A stretch of DNA of 64,000 bases. Origin: Elusimicrobiota bacterium (lineage in GTDB: Bacteria; Elusimicrobiota; Elusimicrobia; UBA1565). Below the pieces are notes generated by a model. The model ran no database searches. It saw only the letters and a program-made list of their open reading frames with translations, and was not told the origin of the DNA. The stretch covers positions 64,001 to 128,000 of the forward strand of contig JBDRPD010000003.1 of NCBI GenBank assembly GCA_043827405.1, given 5' to 3'. The position numbers and the translations under genes are program-made. Shown in pieces: positions 1 through 9,712 of this stretch. Each line of letters begins with the position of its first letter. The stretch's first letter is position 1.

Positions 1-1579
1 ACCAGACGACCATCACGTTGGTGTAGGCGTTGTTGTCGAGGCCGCCCCGCCCGGCGCCGGGATATGCCTCGTGGTACTCATCGGGTCCCATGACGCCCTT
101 GATCTCGTAGCGCTTATGGCGCGGATGGTAGCTCGTCGCGCTCTCCCAGTAGCGGCAGATCTCGACCATCATCTCGGCGCCGCAGCGCTCCATGAATTCC
201 ATGTCGTCGGTCGTCGCGAAATATTTCCAGGTGTTGTAGACGATGGCGATATTGATGTGGCGCTGGAGCCGGCTGTGGTCCGGATCCCATTTATTGGAAC
301 GCGGGTTGTAATGGATGACCTGCGTCTCCTCGCTGCCGTCGCTCGAGCTTTGCCAGGGGAACATCGCGCCGCGCAGCCCTTCGGCTCGCGCCAGGGCGCG
401 GGCGGCGTTGAGCCGGCGGTAGCGGTACATCAGCAGGGAGCGTGCGACTTCGGGCAGGCAGCGGCGATAGAACGGAAAGATATAGATTTCGTCCCAGAAG
501 ACATGTCCCCGATAGGCTTCGCCGTGCAGGCCGCGCGCCGGCGTGCTGAAATCCCGGCCCACGGTGTTGGGGCTGGCCGTCTGCAGGAGATGAAAGGCGT
601 GCAGCCGCAGGATGGTCTGGATGCGGCCGGCCGACTGCCGGCGGCCGGGCGCGGGCTTCAGCTCCACATCGCAGCGCGACCACAGGGTCTCCCAGGCGCG
701 GCGGTGGCTGGCCAGCAGCTCGGCGAAGCGTCCGCACAGCGAGAGATGCCGCCGGGCCGAGTCCGCCGGCTCGCATACGCCCGGGTCGAGCGAGGTATGA
801 ACGGCGACGATCTTCTCGGCGGTGACGCTGGCGCCGCGCTTGATCTCGAACTGGAAGTCCTGACCGATGACGTCCGGCTTTTTGACCTGGACGCTGCTCA
901 GCGGCAGCGGCCGGTCTTGGCAAAAAAAGCGCGTGCGCGAGGCCTGCGCCATAACGATCCGCGACTGCGTCGTTTCCGCTTCGAGCCACACGCCTTCGGG
1001 CGCGGCGGCGCCGGACCGGAGCGTCCGCAGATGCCGGTCGCTGAGCTGGCGGTAGCGGGCCACCCCCCGGTTGCGGACGCTGCCGTCGAGGAGCGAACGA
1101 AACAGGATGGTGCCGGACCAGTTCTCCGGCGTGACCGTGTACTCGATCGCCGCCAGGTGCGGATCGCGCATATGCACGAAGCGGCGGATGCGGACGGCGC
1201 TCACGCGGCCCTGGGCGTCTGCGACGCGGAAGCGGCGGATGAGGACGCCTTCCCGCAGGTGGAGCTCCTGCCGGTAGGAGAGGACCTTCATCCGCGACAG
1301 GTCAAGCCAGTCCCCGTCTTCGGGGCGGAAGTTCAGCGGCAGCCAATTCGGGAAATTGACGAGATCCTCATTGTGAATGGTCCGTCCCGAGACCTGGCTC
1401 GGCAGGCGGTTCCAGCCGCCGGCCAGGTAGGTCCCCGGATAGTGGACATCGCCGGCAACCGCTTCCTCCGCGGCGCCGCGGACTCCCAGGTAGCCGTTGC
1501 CCAGCGTACAGAGGGACTCCCGCAGCCCCTCCATCCGGGGATCGAAATCGTCGTAGGCGAGTACCCAGGCGTCTTTCAT
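1..1579 (-). CDS. Glycoside hydrolase family 65 (maltose/trehalose/kojibiose phosphorylase-like), runs off the window start
   Basis: Not in the ORF track. Manual minus-strand translation from ATG at 1579 gives MKDAWVLAYDDFDPRMEGLRESLCTLGNGYLGVRGAAEE...PGTYLAGGWNRL and later ARGLHGEAYRGHVFWDE, both GH65 signatures. The ATG overlaps the stop of the upstream HAD gene (ATGA). Confidence 0.92.
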   Translation of the reverse strand, partial: MKDAWVLAYDDFDPRMEGLRESLCTLGNGYLGVRGAAEEAVAGDVHYPGTYLAGGWNRLPSQVSGRTIHNEDLVNFPNWLPLNFRPEDGDWLDLSRMKVLSYRQELHLREGVLIRRFRVADAQGRVSAVRIRRFVHMRDPHLAAIEYTVTPENWSGTILFRSLLDGSVRNRGVARYRQLSDRHLRTLRSGAAAPEGVWLEAETTQSRIVMAQASRTRFFCQDRPLPLSSVQVKKPDVIGQDFQFEIKRGASVTAEKIVAVHTSLDPGVCEPADSARRHLSLCGRFAELLASHRRAWETLWSRCDVELKPAPGRRQSAGRIQTILRLHAFHLLQTASPNTVGRDFSTPARGLHGEAYRGHVFWDEIYIFPFYRRCLPEVARSLLMYRYRRLNAARALARAEGLRGAMFPWQSSSDGSEETQVIHYNPRSNKWDPDHSRLQRHINIAIVYNTWKYFATTDDMEFMERCGAEMMVEICRYWESATSYHPRHKRYEIKGVMGPDEYHEAYPGAGRGGLDNNAYTNVMVVW

Positions 1580-2487
1580 CGCCGGCTCCTGATGAAGCGT
1601 ACCAGGCGCTCGAGGAAATTTTGGACTTCCCGCAGGCGTCCCGGCGCCGCAGGGCGCACGTGCTCGCGGTTTGCGAAGTGGGCGTTGATCTGATCCAGCG
1701 AGATGAACTGCAGGTCGTCGACTACCATGTCGGCGCCGTTCTCCAGGAGATTGATTCGGTTGCCGCCGCGGTCGATGCCGAGGACCAGCCCGAAGCCCCC
1801 GGCGCGGCCGGCGGCCACGCCGCTGACCGCGTCCTCGACCACTACCGTCTTGGAGCGGCCGACCCCGAGGAGCTCGGCGCCCTTGAGGAAAATATCGGGT
1901 TCGGGCTTGCCGTTGAGCTTCATCGCGATGGAGTTGACGCCGTCGACCCGGATTTCGAATAGGTCGAGCAGTCCGGCGCGCTCAAGGATCGGCTTGCAGT
2001 TCTTGCTCGAGGAGACGATGCCCACTTTGATGCCGGCGGCCTTCATCTCCCGGATCAGGCTGACGGTGGATTCAAATACCTCGGCGCCCTGCTCGCGGAG
2101 CATGCGGTTGAAGTTGGCGTTCTTGATGTCGCCCAGGCTGTAGATGGTCTCCCGGTCCGGGCCGTCGCCGGGATCGCCCTCCGGGAGCTCGATCCCTCGC
2201 GACTGCAGGAAGCTGGCGATGCCCTTGCCGCGCGGCTTGCCGTCGACGTAGAGCTTGTAGTCCTGTTCGGCGTCGAATTCCTTGAACGGCGGGCCGCCGC
2301 GCGCGGCGCGCTTCTTCAGGTAGTCGTCAAAGAGCTGCTTCCAGGCGGCGGCATGCAGACTGGCGGTGCGGGTGACCACGCCGTCCAGGTCGAATAGGGC
2401 GGCATCGAACGAGAGCGCGCGGTCTTTACTTGTCTCTCGTGATTGCAAAGCAAGTATAGGGTAACTTATGCGGCGCCTTCTCGCCAA
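1576..2487 (-). CDS. HAD-family hydrolase, beta-phosphoglucomutase-like
   Basis: Motifs FDLDGVVT, GKPEPDIF, VVVEDAVSGVAAG; coupled to the GH65 gene. True start is probably somewhat downstream of 2487. Confidence 0.88.
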   Translation of the reverse strand: MARRRRISYPILALQSRETSKDRALSFDAALFDLDGVVTRTASLHAAAWKQLFDDYLKKRAARGGPPFKEFDAEQDYKLYVDGKPRGKGIASFLQSRGIELPEGDPGDGPDRETIYSLGDIKNANFNRMLREQGAEVFESTVSLIREMKAAGIKVGIVSSSKNCKPILERAGLLDLFEIRVDGVNSIAMKLNGKPEPDIFLKGAELLGVGRSKTVVVEDAVSGVAAGRAGGFGLVLGIDRGGNRINLLENGADMVVDDLQFISLDQINAHFANREHVRPAAPGRLREVQNFLERLVRFIRSRR

Positions 2488-2560
2488 CCTGGCTCCTTCC
2501 GATAATAATAAGATATATAAATTGGTCGCCTGGACAGGCGCAACCTATTAGGGAGGAAGC

Positions 2561-3901
2561 ATGAAGAACTTTCTTGTACTCACACTTTCACTGTTACTGA
2601 CCGCACCGGCGTACGCCCAGTGGGCCTCGCTCAACGCCCCGATCGGAGAGTCCGCGCCGTCCGCTCCTCAAGAAAAGGGGGGGAGTGAGTTCGATTTCAG
2701 CCTCGGCGGGAACTTCGGCGCGGCCTCGGTGCTTAATCCAAGGACCGGCAAGATGGAGATATACAATACGATCTCCTTTCAGCCCGAGCTGTCCTTCGGG
2801 AAACTGGGCCTGGGACTCGATCTCTACATCTACTTCGACGCCGACGGCAAGCTTCGCGATGAGGATTGGGATACGACTTCGGACATCATCAGCAAGATCT
2901 GGTACGTGCGTTGGGCCCAAAAGGGCGACCCCATCCACGCCCGCCTCGGCGGCCTTTCAGGCACGACGATCGGCCACGGCCTGATCATGGGCAATTACTC
3001 CAACCGGCTCGGCTACCCCGACGTCCGCAAGGTCGGCGGCGTGCTCGATGTCGACGCCGGCTGGGCGGGTTTCGAGTCGGTCGTGACCGACGTTATCCGC
3101 CCAACGATCATCGGGGGCCGCGTGTTCGCCCGGCCGCTGTACGGTTCGGATATCCCCCTGCTGAAGAATCTGTCGTTTGCGGCGAGCGCCGTGACCGATA
3201 CCGATCCCGACGGTTTTTCGCAGACGAAGAGCGACGAGGTCTCCGTTTACGGCGTGGACCTCGACCTGCCCCTGCTCAAGAACGACGCCTTCAGCTCCGT
3301 CCTTTACGCGGACGCCGCGATGATGCAGCTCGGGAAGCGCTACACGGCGGCCGGCAGCAAGAACCACGGCAAGGGCGCCGCCGCGGGCGTGCAGGGCAAG
3401 GTGCTCTTCTTCGACTACAAGGCGGAGATGCGTTCGACGCAGGCCAACTTCATCCCGACCTTCTTCGATTCCTATTACGAGGTCGACCGGGCCACCGGCA
3501 GCATACGGAAGGCCGACGGCATCGTCACGACCGCCAATCCCCAGGCGAACGGTCCGCTCGTCTCGCTCTATGCCAATATCCTCGAGCGTGTTCGGGTGGG
3601 CGGTTCCTACGAGAGCCTGAGCTACGATCCGCTCGATATCTTCCCCCGCGTGCGCGCGGAGATACGTACCGACCCCCGCCTGCTTTTTGATCGGTTCTAC
3701 GTCGCTGCCGCTTACGAGCAGCGGAACCTCGAGATGATCAAGCGGATCGGGCGGACGCAGGACTCCAATACCCTGATCACGGCCGAGATCGGCTACAAGC
3801 CGAACCCGAACCTCGCGCTCGTCGTGGTCCAGAAGCAGACCTACGACCGCAGCGGCCGTCCGGAACGGACGACCCAGGTCCGGGCCGACGTGCGTTTTTA
3901 A
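2561..3901 (+). CDS. Secreted protein, probable outer-membrane beta-barrel, function unknown
   Basis: GGAGG RBS, signal peptide ending AYA-Q, amphipathic beta-strand pattern, C-terminal ...ADVRF. Confidence 0.65.
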   Translation: MKNFLVLTLSLLLTAPAYAQWASLNAPIGESAPSAPQEKGGSEFDFSLGGNFGAASVLNPRTGKMEIYNTISFQPELSFGKLGLGLDLYIYFDADGKLRDEDWDTTSDIISKIWYVRWAQKGDPIHARLGGLSGTTIGHGLIMGNYSNRLGYPDVRKVGGVLDVDAGWAGFESVVTDVIRPTIIGGRVFARPLYGSDIPLLKNLSFAASAVTDTDPDGFSQTKSDEVSVYGVDLDLPLLKNDAFSSVLYADAAMMQLGKRYTAAGSKNHGKGAAAGVQGKVLFFDYKAEMRSTQANFIPTFFDSYYEVDRATGSIRKADGIVTTANPQANGPLVSLYANILERVRVGGSYESLSYDPLDIFPRVRAEIRTDPRLLFDRFYVAAAYEQRNLEMIKRIGRTQDSNTLITAEIGYKPNPNLALVVVQKQTYDRSGRPERTTQVRADVRF

Positions 3902-3912
3902 AAGGAGCTGCG

Positions 3913-4860
3913 ATGACGACGGCGGATAAGAACTGCCGGGAGATTCTCGAGAAGGTCGACGCGAACATCCAAAAGGTCATGAAGGGCCAGACCGCGGCGG
4001 TGCGCAAGCTCCTCGCCGCCTTGGTCAGCGGCGGCCACGTCCTTATGGAGGATTTTCCCGGCACCGGCAAGACGACGCTGGCCAAGTCTCTCGCCAAGTC
4101 CGTGGGCGCCGTTTTCAACCGCGTCCAGTTCACCCCGGACCTCATGCCGTCCGATATCCTGGGCGTCTCCATCTTCGATCAGCAGGAACGGGCCTTCCGC
4201 TTCAACGAAGGGCCTATCTTCACCAATATCCTGCTGGCCGACGAGATCAACCGCACCTCCCCGCGCACCCAATCGGCCCTGCTGGAAGCCATGGCCGAGA
4301 ACCAGGTCAGCGTGGACGGGAAGACCTATAAGCTCGACGAGCTGTTCTTCGTCATCGCGACGCAGAACCCCGTTGAGACCCATGGGACCTATCCCCTGCC
4401 CGAAGCGCAGATGGACCGCTTTATGATCCAGTTCAGCCTCGGCTATGTCCCGCCCGAAGATGAAGTCGCCATCCTGACGGATCAGGAGAAACGCCATCCG
4501 GTCGACGACGTCCAGGCCTGCGTGGAGCTTGAGGATATCCTGGCGCTGCGGCGGCGCGCTCAGGATATCCGCATGAGTCCCGAGATCATGCGCTACGTCG
4601 TGGACATCGTCGGGAAGACACGCGGCGCCGACGGCGTCGCGCTGGGCGCGAGCCCCCGCGCTTCGCTCTCTCTGATGAAAGCCGCCCGGGCGCTGGCGCT
4701 GATGGACGGCCGGGACTTCGTCGCTCCGGACCTCATCCAGGAACTGGCCGTTGGAGTCATCGCCCACCGCCTCATGCTCGATCCCCAGGCCAAGTTCTCC
4801 GGAGTGACGGCGATATCCGTGGTCGAGGAGATCCTGAAATCCATCCCGGCGCCCGCCTAA
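3913..4860 (+). CDS. moxR: MoxR-family AAA+ ATPase
   Basis: GHVLMEDFPGTGKT, RVQFTPDLMPSD, LADEINR, ATQNPVETHGTYPLPEAQMDRF. Confidence 0.95.
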   Translation: MTTADKNCREILEKVDANIQKVMKGQTAAVRKLLAALVSGGHVLMEDFPGTGKTTLAKSLAKSVGAVFNRVQFTPDLMPSDILGVSIFDQQERAFRFNEGPIFTNILLADEINRTSPRTQSALLEAMAENQVSVDGKTYKLDELFFVIATQNPVETHGTYPLPEAQMDRFMIQFSLGYVPPEDEVAILTDQEKRHPVDDVQACVELEDILALRRRAQDIRMSPEIMRYVVDIVGKTRGADGVALGASPRASLSLMKAARALALMDGRDFVAPDLIQELAVGVIAHRLMLDPQAKFSGVTAISVVEEILKSIPAPA

Positions 4861-4866
4861 GCCGTC

Positions 4867-6273
4867 ATGCGGCTTGAGCGTTGGCGCTACCGCGGACTCT
4901 GGTACGTCTACACGGCGCTCTATTGGCTGCGCCGGCGGTTCACGACGGCCGGCCAGCTGGTATTGATCGCTCTCGTCGTTTCCGCCTTGGTGGGCTTCGA
5001 CACCGACCAGAACGTCGCCTATCAGATGTTCACCTTTATGCTCGCCTTGACCGCCGCGGCCATGCTGCAAAGCCTGTTCTTCCGCGATGACTTCGAGGTG
5101 CGCCGGACCCTGCCCCGGTTCGGCACCGCGGGCAAGCCCCTGCCGTATACGGTGTCGGTCCGCAGCCGCAGCGGGGAGGCGCAACGGGGCTTGAGCCTGC
5201 TGGAGGAAGCCGCGTTCGTCCTGCCGACCTTTGACGAGTACCGGCTCTCTTCCCCGCCGCCGCGGGAGGAGCAGACCCCGCTCGGCCGCTTGACGGGAAA
5301 CGACCGCTGGCAGCGCCTGCTCAGCCGTTCGCGGGTCGCATCCGGCGAGGAACACCCGCTTGCGGATATCCCGCCGCGCGGCTCGGCCGCGGTCACGCTC
5401 GAGCTCACCCCCCGGCGCCGGGGGAAACTCAGGCTGGACGCCGCCTCCGTGGCCCGGCCGGGAACCCTTGGCCTGTATAAGTCCTTGCGCCCCTGTGTCG
5501 AGGAGCGTTCCGTCCTCGTCCTGCCCAAGCGATATCCCGTGCCGCGCGTCTCGCTGCCGGGACTGCGCCGGTACCAGAGCGGCGGCATCGCCCTCTCCTC
5601 ATCGGTGGGGGATTCCCAGGAGTTCATGTCGCTGCGGGACTACCGTCCCGGCGATCCGCCCAAGCGCGTGCACTGGAAGAGCCTGGCCAAGACGGACAAG
5701 CTCATCGTCAAAGAATATCAGGACGAGTACTTCGTGCGCCACGCCCTGGTGCTCGACACCTTTGCGCGTCCCGGCCGGGGCGCGGCGTTCGAGGAAGCCG
5801 TGTCCGTGGCGGCGTCTTTCGCGTGCTCGGTCCTGACGCAGGAGTCCCTGCTGGACCTGCTGTTTGTGGGCGGCGAGTCCTACTGCATCACCGCGGGCCG
5901 GGGACTGGGCGGGCCGGACAAGCTCCTCGAAGTCCTGGCTTGCGTCGAGAGATGCGAGGATAAGCCGTTTACGGAGCTCGATCACGCCGTGTCGCGAAGG
6001 CATGCCGCCTTGAGCGGCTGCATCAGCGTCCTGCTCGCCTGGGACGAGGAGCGCCGCGCTTTTATCCGGCGCTTGGGCGCTCTGGGCGTGCCGGTCTTGG
6101 CGGTGGTCGTCGCCGAGCCGGTCGACCCGCCCATCGACGAGCCGGGCGTTCATCGCCTGGAAGTCGGCCGCATTGCCGAAGGCCTGGCGGCCCTCCCGGC
6201 CGGCCGCCCTCCAACAGCGTGCGGAGGCGGCACTTCCTCACGTAAGGGTTCGGTCGGCCGGGGGGCTGCATGA
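4867..6273 (+). CDS. DUF58 domain protein (MoxR-associated)
   Basis: EFMSLRDYRPGDPPKRVHWKSLAK motif, N-terminal TM segments, directly after moxR. Confidence 0.9.
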   Translation: MRLERWRYRGLWYVYTALYWLRRRFTTAGQLVLIALVVSALVGFDTDQNVAYQMFTFMLALTAAAMLQSLFFRDDFEVRRTLPRFGTAGKPLPYTVSVRSRSGEAQRGLSLLEEAAFVLPTFDEYRLSSPPPREEQTPLGRLTGNDRWQRLLSRSRVASGEEHPLADIPPRGSAAVTLELTPRRRGKLRLDAASVARPGTLGLYKSLRPCVEERSVLVLPKRYPVPRVSLPGLRRYQSGGIALSSSVGDSQEFMSLRDYRPGDPPKRVHWKSLAKTDKLIVKEYQDEYFVRHALVLDTFARPGRGAAFEEAVSVAASFACSVLTQESLLDLLFVGGESYCITAGRGLGGPDKLLEVLACVERCEDKPFTELDHAVSRRHAALSGCISVLLAWDEERRAFIRRLGALGVPVLAVVVAEPVDPPIDEPGVHRLEVGRIAEGLAALPAGRPPTACGGGTSSRKGSVGRGAA

Positions 6274-8246
6274 GCGCGCCGCCGCTTCTCATCGGCGCGG
6301 GGCTGCTCTTTTGGGGGTATCAGACCGGGATGCTTATCCCGGCCGCGGGCATGGCGCTGCTGCTGGAAGCGAGCCGGGCGCTGCCTCGCCGCCTTGACCT
6401 TTCGCGGTCGAACTTCCACCGCATGTCGGACCTCTGCGCCCTGATCTTTACCGCCGCGGCGATCTACTCCTATGCCGTCGACGGGGCGTCGGACGCTTTC
6501 CGCATGATCTCGCAGCGCATGCCCATGTTCCTTTTCCCGCTGATCGCGGCGCAGGCCGGCAGCGTCCAGCGGGGGGTGGACGCCAGCACCTTCTTCTGGT
6601 CTTTCCGCAAGCGGCAGCAGGCGCGCGGCCCCCGCAGGTTCGTGGACTTCACGTACCTGTATTTCACGGCCTGTCTCCTTGCCGCCGGCGCCGCCAACCT
6701 GAGGTCGCCGGTGTTTTACGGCGGCATGTTCCTCCTGACCGCTTGGGCGTTGTGGCGCGTTAAACCCGTCCGGACTTCGGCCGCGGCCTGGGGCGCGATG
6801 CTCCTTATCGCCGGCGCGGCGGGATATCAGGGGCAGTTGGGGCTGCATGGGCTGCAGCGGCAGATGGAGCAGGTGGTCGCCAAAGTCGCGATGGGCTTGG
6901 TCGGCGTGCGCAAGAATCCCTTCAAGAGCAGCACCGCCATGGGCACGATCGGGAAGCTCAAGCAGAGCGACAATATCCTGCTCCGGGTGAAAACGCCGGG
7001 CGGCGAGTACCCGCCGGCTTTGCTGCGCAATGCCGCCTACAATAAATATAAAGGAACGTCGTGGTTCGCCGGCAAGGCGAGTTTCAGGGAGCTCGCGCGC
7101 GGTACGCGCGAAACCACATGGGAGATCGCGGCCACTACGCGGGCGGCGAATCGCGTCCGCATCTCGGGCTATCTCCCCGGCGGCGAAGGGGTCCTCGCAC
7201 TGCCGCACGGCGCCTCCCGCATCGACGGCCTATTGGCCTCCGCCGTCAGCGTCAACGATCTCGGTTCGGTCAAAGTGGTGGACGCGCCGGGTCTGGTCGT
7301 CTACGCGGTGAGCTACGGACGCGATGAGGCGCGCGACGGCGCGCCGGACGAGGATGACCTCGCCGTTCCCCCGCATCTGCGCAGGATCCTGGCGCGGATA
7401 TCCGGCGAACTGAGGCTGAGCGCGCAACGCCCTCGCGAGGCCGTGTCCGCGCTGTCCGCCTATTTCTCGGAGGGGTTCCAGTATTCCATCTTCCAAAAGG
7501 AACGCCCGCTCGGCGCGAGTCCGGTGGCGGATTTCCTGGAGCGGACCAAGACCGGCCACTGCGAATTCTTCGCCGCGTCGGCGGCCCTGCTGCTGCGTGC
7601 CGCCGGAATCCCGGCGCGCTACGCGACCGGCTATGCGGTGGAAGAGTTCAGCGCTCTTGAGAACGCCTATGTCGTGCGCCAGCGCCACGCCCATGCCTGG
7701 ACCCGGGTTTATGTCGACGGGAAGTGGCAGGACCTGGATACGACGCCGGCCACATGGAGCGAGGTCGAAAAAGAGGACGTGTCGGCGCTGCAGCCTCTGC
7801 GCGACGCCCTGTCCTGGCTCAAGTTCCGCTTCTCGAAATGGCGCTGGTCCGGCTCCGAGGAAAGGGATGGCTCGCGCGTCGGCTGGATCCTCATCCCGCT
7901 CATCCTGCTCATGGCGTGGCGGGTCTATGCCGCGCTGCGCTCGGCCCGGCTTAAGCGGGAAGAAGAGGAAAACGCCGCCCGTGTCGTCGTCCCCGGGGAG
8001 GACTCGGAGTTCTACGAGATCGAGGATGTTTTAGCGAAGTCCGGCCGCGGCCGCAACTCCTGGGAATCGCCGTCCGGCTGGCTCAAGCGGCTTGAGAATA
8101 CCGAGGGCGGGCTCATCAGGCCGCTGCGCGTTCTTGTGGATCTGCATTACCGCCACCGCTTCGACCCCGAGGGGCTCGACGCGGAAGGCCGCGCGGCACT
8201 GCGCGAGGGGGTGCGGACCTGGCTCGAGGAACAGAAACATGAATGA
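6270..8246 (+). CDS. Membrane transglutaminase-like protein (DUF3488/TgpA type)
   Basis: Multi-TM N-terminus; GHCEFFA, AHAW and DTTP motifs give the Cys-His-Asp triad; typical third gene of moxR-DUF58 operons. Confidence 0.9.
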   Translation: MSAPPLLIGAGLLFWGYQTGMLIPAAGMALLLEASRALPRRLDLSRSNFHRMSDLCALIFTAAAIYSYAVDGASDAFRMISQRMPMFLFPLIAAQAGSVQRGVDASTFFWSFRKRQQARGPRRFVDFTYLYFTACLLAAGAANLRSPVFYGGMFLLTAWALWRVKPVRTSAAAWGAMLLIAGAAGYQGQLGLHGLQRQMEQVVAKVAMGLVGVRKNPFKSSTAMGTIGKLKQSDNILLRVKTPGGEYPPALLRNAAYNKYKGTSWFAGKASFRELARGTRETTWEIAATTRAANRVRISGYLPGGEGVLALPHGASRIDGLLASAVSVNDLGSVKVVDAPGLVVYAVSYGRDEARDGAPDEDDLAVPPHLRRILARISGELRLSAQRPREAVSALSAYFSEGFQYSIFQKERPLGASPVADFLERTKTGHCEFFAASAALLLRAAGIPARYATGYAVEEFSALENAYVVRQRHAHAWTRVYVDGKWQDLDTTPATWSEVEKEDVSALQPLRDALSWLKFRFSKWRWSGSEERDGSRVGWILIPLILLMAWRVYAALRSARLKREEEENAARVVVPGEDSEFYEIEDVLAKSGRGRNSWESPSGWLKRLENTEGGLIRPLRVLVDLHYRHRFDPEGLDAEGRAALREGVRTWLEEQKHE

Positions 8247-8733
8247 GCCGCCTCAGGCGCCGGAACCCCAAAAGAGGGGGGGTTGCGTAAAAGGCTGTCT
8301 GACCGTTGTGGCGATCGGCGCGGCCTTGTTCGCTTTGTCTGTCTATAGGTTTATGAACCATCCCTCTGGTGTTAGGAACGGGGAAAACGATGTAAGAATA
8401 AATCTGGGCAGTATCCGTACCGCGCTTTCCGTTTATTATGACGACATGGAGGGTGTCTATCCCGCGGACCTGGGGACGGTGGGCGCAAGCCTGTACAATA
8501 AACGCATTCCTCGGATATGGAGCGGCGATGACGTCACCGACAGCTTTTTCCCCGCGCGTAGGCCCGACGTGCCGCATCCTTTCAGCGCCGAAGTTGAGTA
8601 CTTCGACGAGCGCATCCCGCGCGACTCCGGCCGCTGGGGTTATGTCAGCAATCCGACCGACGCGAACTTCGGCACGGTCTTTGTCGACTGCACCCATACC
8701 GACAGCAGAGGCGACTTATGGCATACCTATTGA
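8239..8733 (+). CDS. Pilin/pseudopilin-like membrane-anchored protein, paralog 1 (CTHTD family)
   Basis: ATG at 8239 (MNEPPQ...), one TM, then NLGSIRTALSVYYDDMEGVYPADL...DSGRWGY...VFVDCTHTDSRG. Confidence 0.7.
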   Translation: MNEPPQAPEPQKRGGCVKGCLTVVAIGAALFALSVYRFMNHPSGVRNGENDVRINLGSIRTALSVYYDDMEGVYPADLGTVGASLYNKRIPRIWSGDDVTDSFFPARRPDVPHPFSAEVEYFDERIPRDSGRWGYVSNPTDANFGTVFVDCTHTDSRGDLWHTY

Positions 8734-8742
8734 GTAATAGAT

Positions 8743-9234
8743 ATGACTGAACCACCCCCCACGCCGAAACCCCGTAAGAAGAGCGGCTGTCTGAAGGTTC
8801 TAGCGATCGGCGCGGCCCTGTTCGTCTTGTTCATCTACCAGTGGGTGAACAATCCCGCCGGAGTCATGCATGGCGAATCCGATGTTAAAATGAATCTGGG
8901 CAGCATCCGTTCGGCGATATCCATCTACTATGGGGACATGGAGGGACTTTATCCCGCGGACCTGGGGGCGCTGACGGTCGGCGGGAGGTACATCGAGCGC
9001 ATCCCCCGTGTATGGGATAACGACGGCGGCCGCAGCGGCGACAGTCTATTCCCGGCGAGTAAGCCCGCTGTACCGCATCCCCTCAGTGCCGAAGCGGAGT
9101 ACTTCGATGGATTCGTCCCGCGCGACTCGGGACGCTGGGGCTATGTCAATAACCCGGCGAGCAAGGAGTTCGGCGTGGTCTTCGTCGACTGCACCCATAC
9201 CGACAGCAAGGGCACCTCATGGCATACCTACTAG
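8743..9234 (+). CDS. Pilin/pseudopilin-like membrane-anchored protein, paralog 2
   Basis: NLGSIRSAISIYYGDMEGLYPADL...DSGRWGY...VFVDCTHTDSKG; clear paralog of both neighbours. Confidence 0.72.
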   Translation: MTEPPPTPKPRKKSGCLKVLAIGAALFVLFIYQWVNNPAGVMHGESDVKMNLGSIRSAISIYYGDMEGLYPADLGALTVGGRYIERIPRVWDNDGGRSGDSLFPASKPAVPHPLSAEAEYFDGFVPRDSGRWGYVNNPASKEFGVVFVDCTHTDSKGTSWHTY

Positions 9235-9243
9235 GAGCGCATT

Positions 9244-9708
9244 ATGAGTGAAGAACCCAAGAAGGGCTGCCTTTCACAGTTGATCCGTGCCGGCGGCGTT
9301 TTTGTCCTGGTAATCGGCGGCTTTATGGTCTTCAGCTATTCTGTTTTCATGCGGCCGATGCTCAAGAAGCGCGCCGAGGGCCGTGTCAAAGGCAGCCTGG
9401 GGATGATGCGCACCGCGCTCTCGATCTATTATGGAGATAACGAGGAGGTCTATCCTGCGGATTTCCAGGCGCTGCTGCAAAAGCCTGAATGGCTGCGCGA
9501 GATTCCTCAGACCTGGACGGGAGTCGAGGCGCCCAAGGTGAATGTTCCGCATCCCATCAGCCGCGACGTCGAGCAGAAGCCGGACGGAAAGTCCGGCGAC
9601 AGCGGCAAGTGGGGCTATATCAATGATCCCGCCGACGCGAACTTCGGCTTTGTCTTCGTCGACTGCACCCATACCGACAGCCGCGGCAACGCATGGAACA
9701 CTTATTGA
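9244..9708 (+). CDS. Pilin/pseudopilin-like membrane-anchored protein, paralog 3
   Basis: AGGAG RBS; SLGMMRTALSIYYGDNEEVYPADF...DSGKWGY...VFVDCTHTDSRG. Confidence 0.72.
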   Translation: MSEEPKKGCLSQLIRAGGVFVLVIGGFMVFSYSVFMRPMLKKRAEGRVKGSLGMMRTALSIYYGDNEEVYPADFQALLQKPEWLREIPQTWTGVEAPKVNVPHPISRDVEQKPDGKSGDSGKWGYINDPADANFGFVFVDCTHTDSRGNAWNTY

Positions 9709-9712
9709 GCTG

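Noticed and set aside
71..1693. 540-aa plus-strand ORF
   Set aside because: Antisense shadow of the GH65 gene, whose minus-strand frame carries the family motifs.
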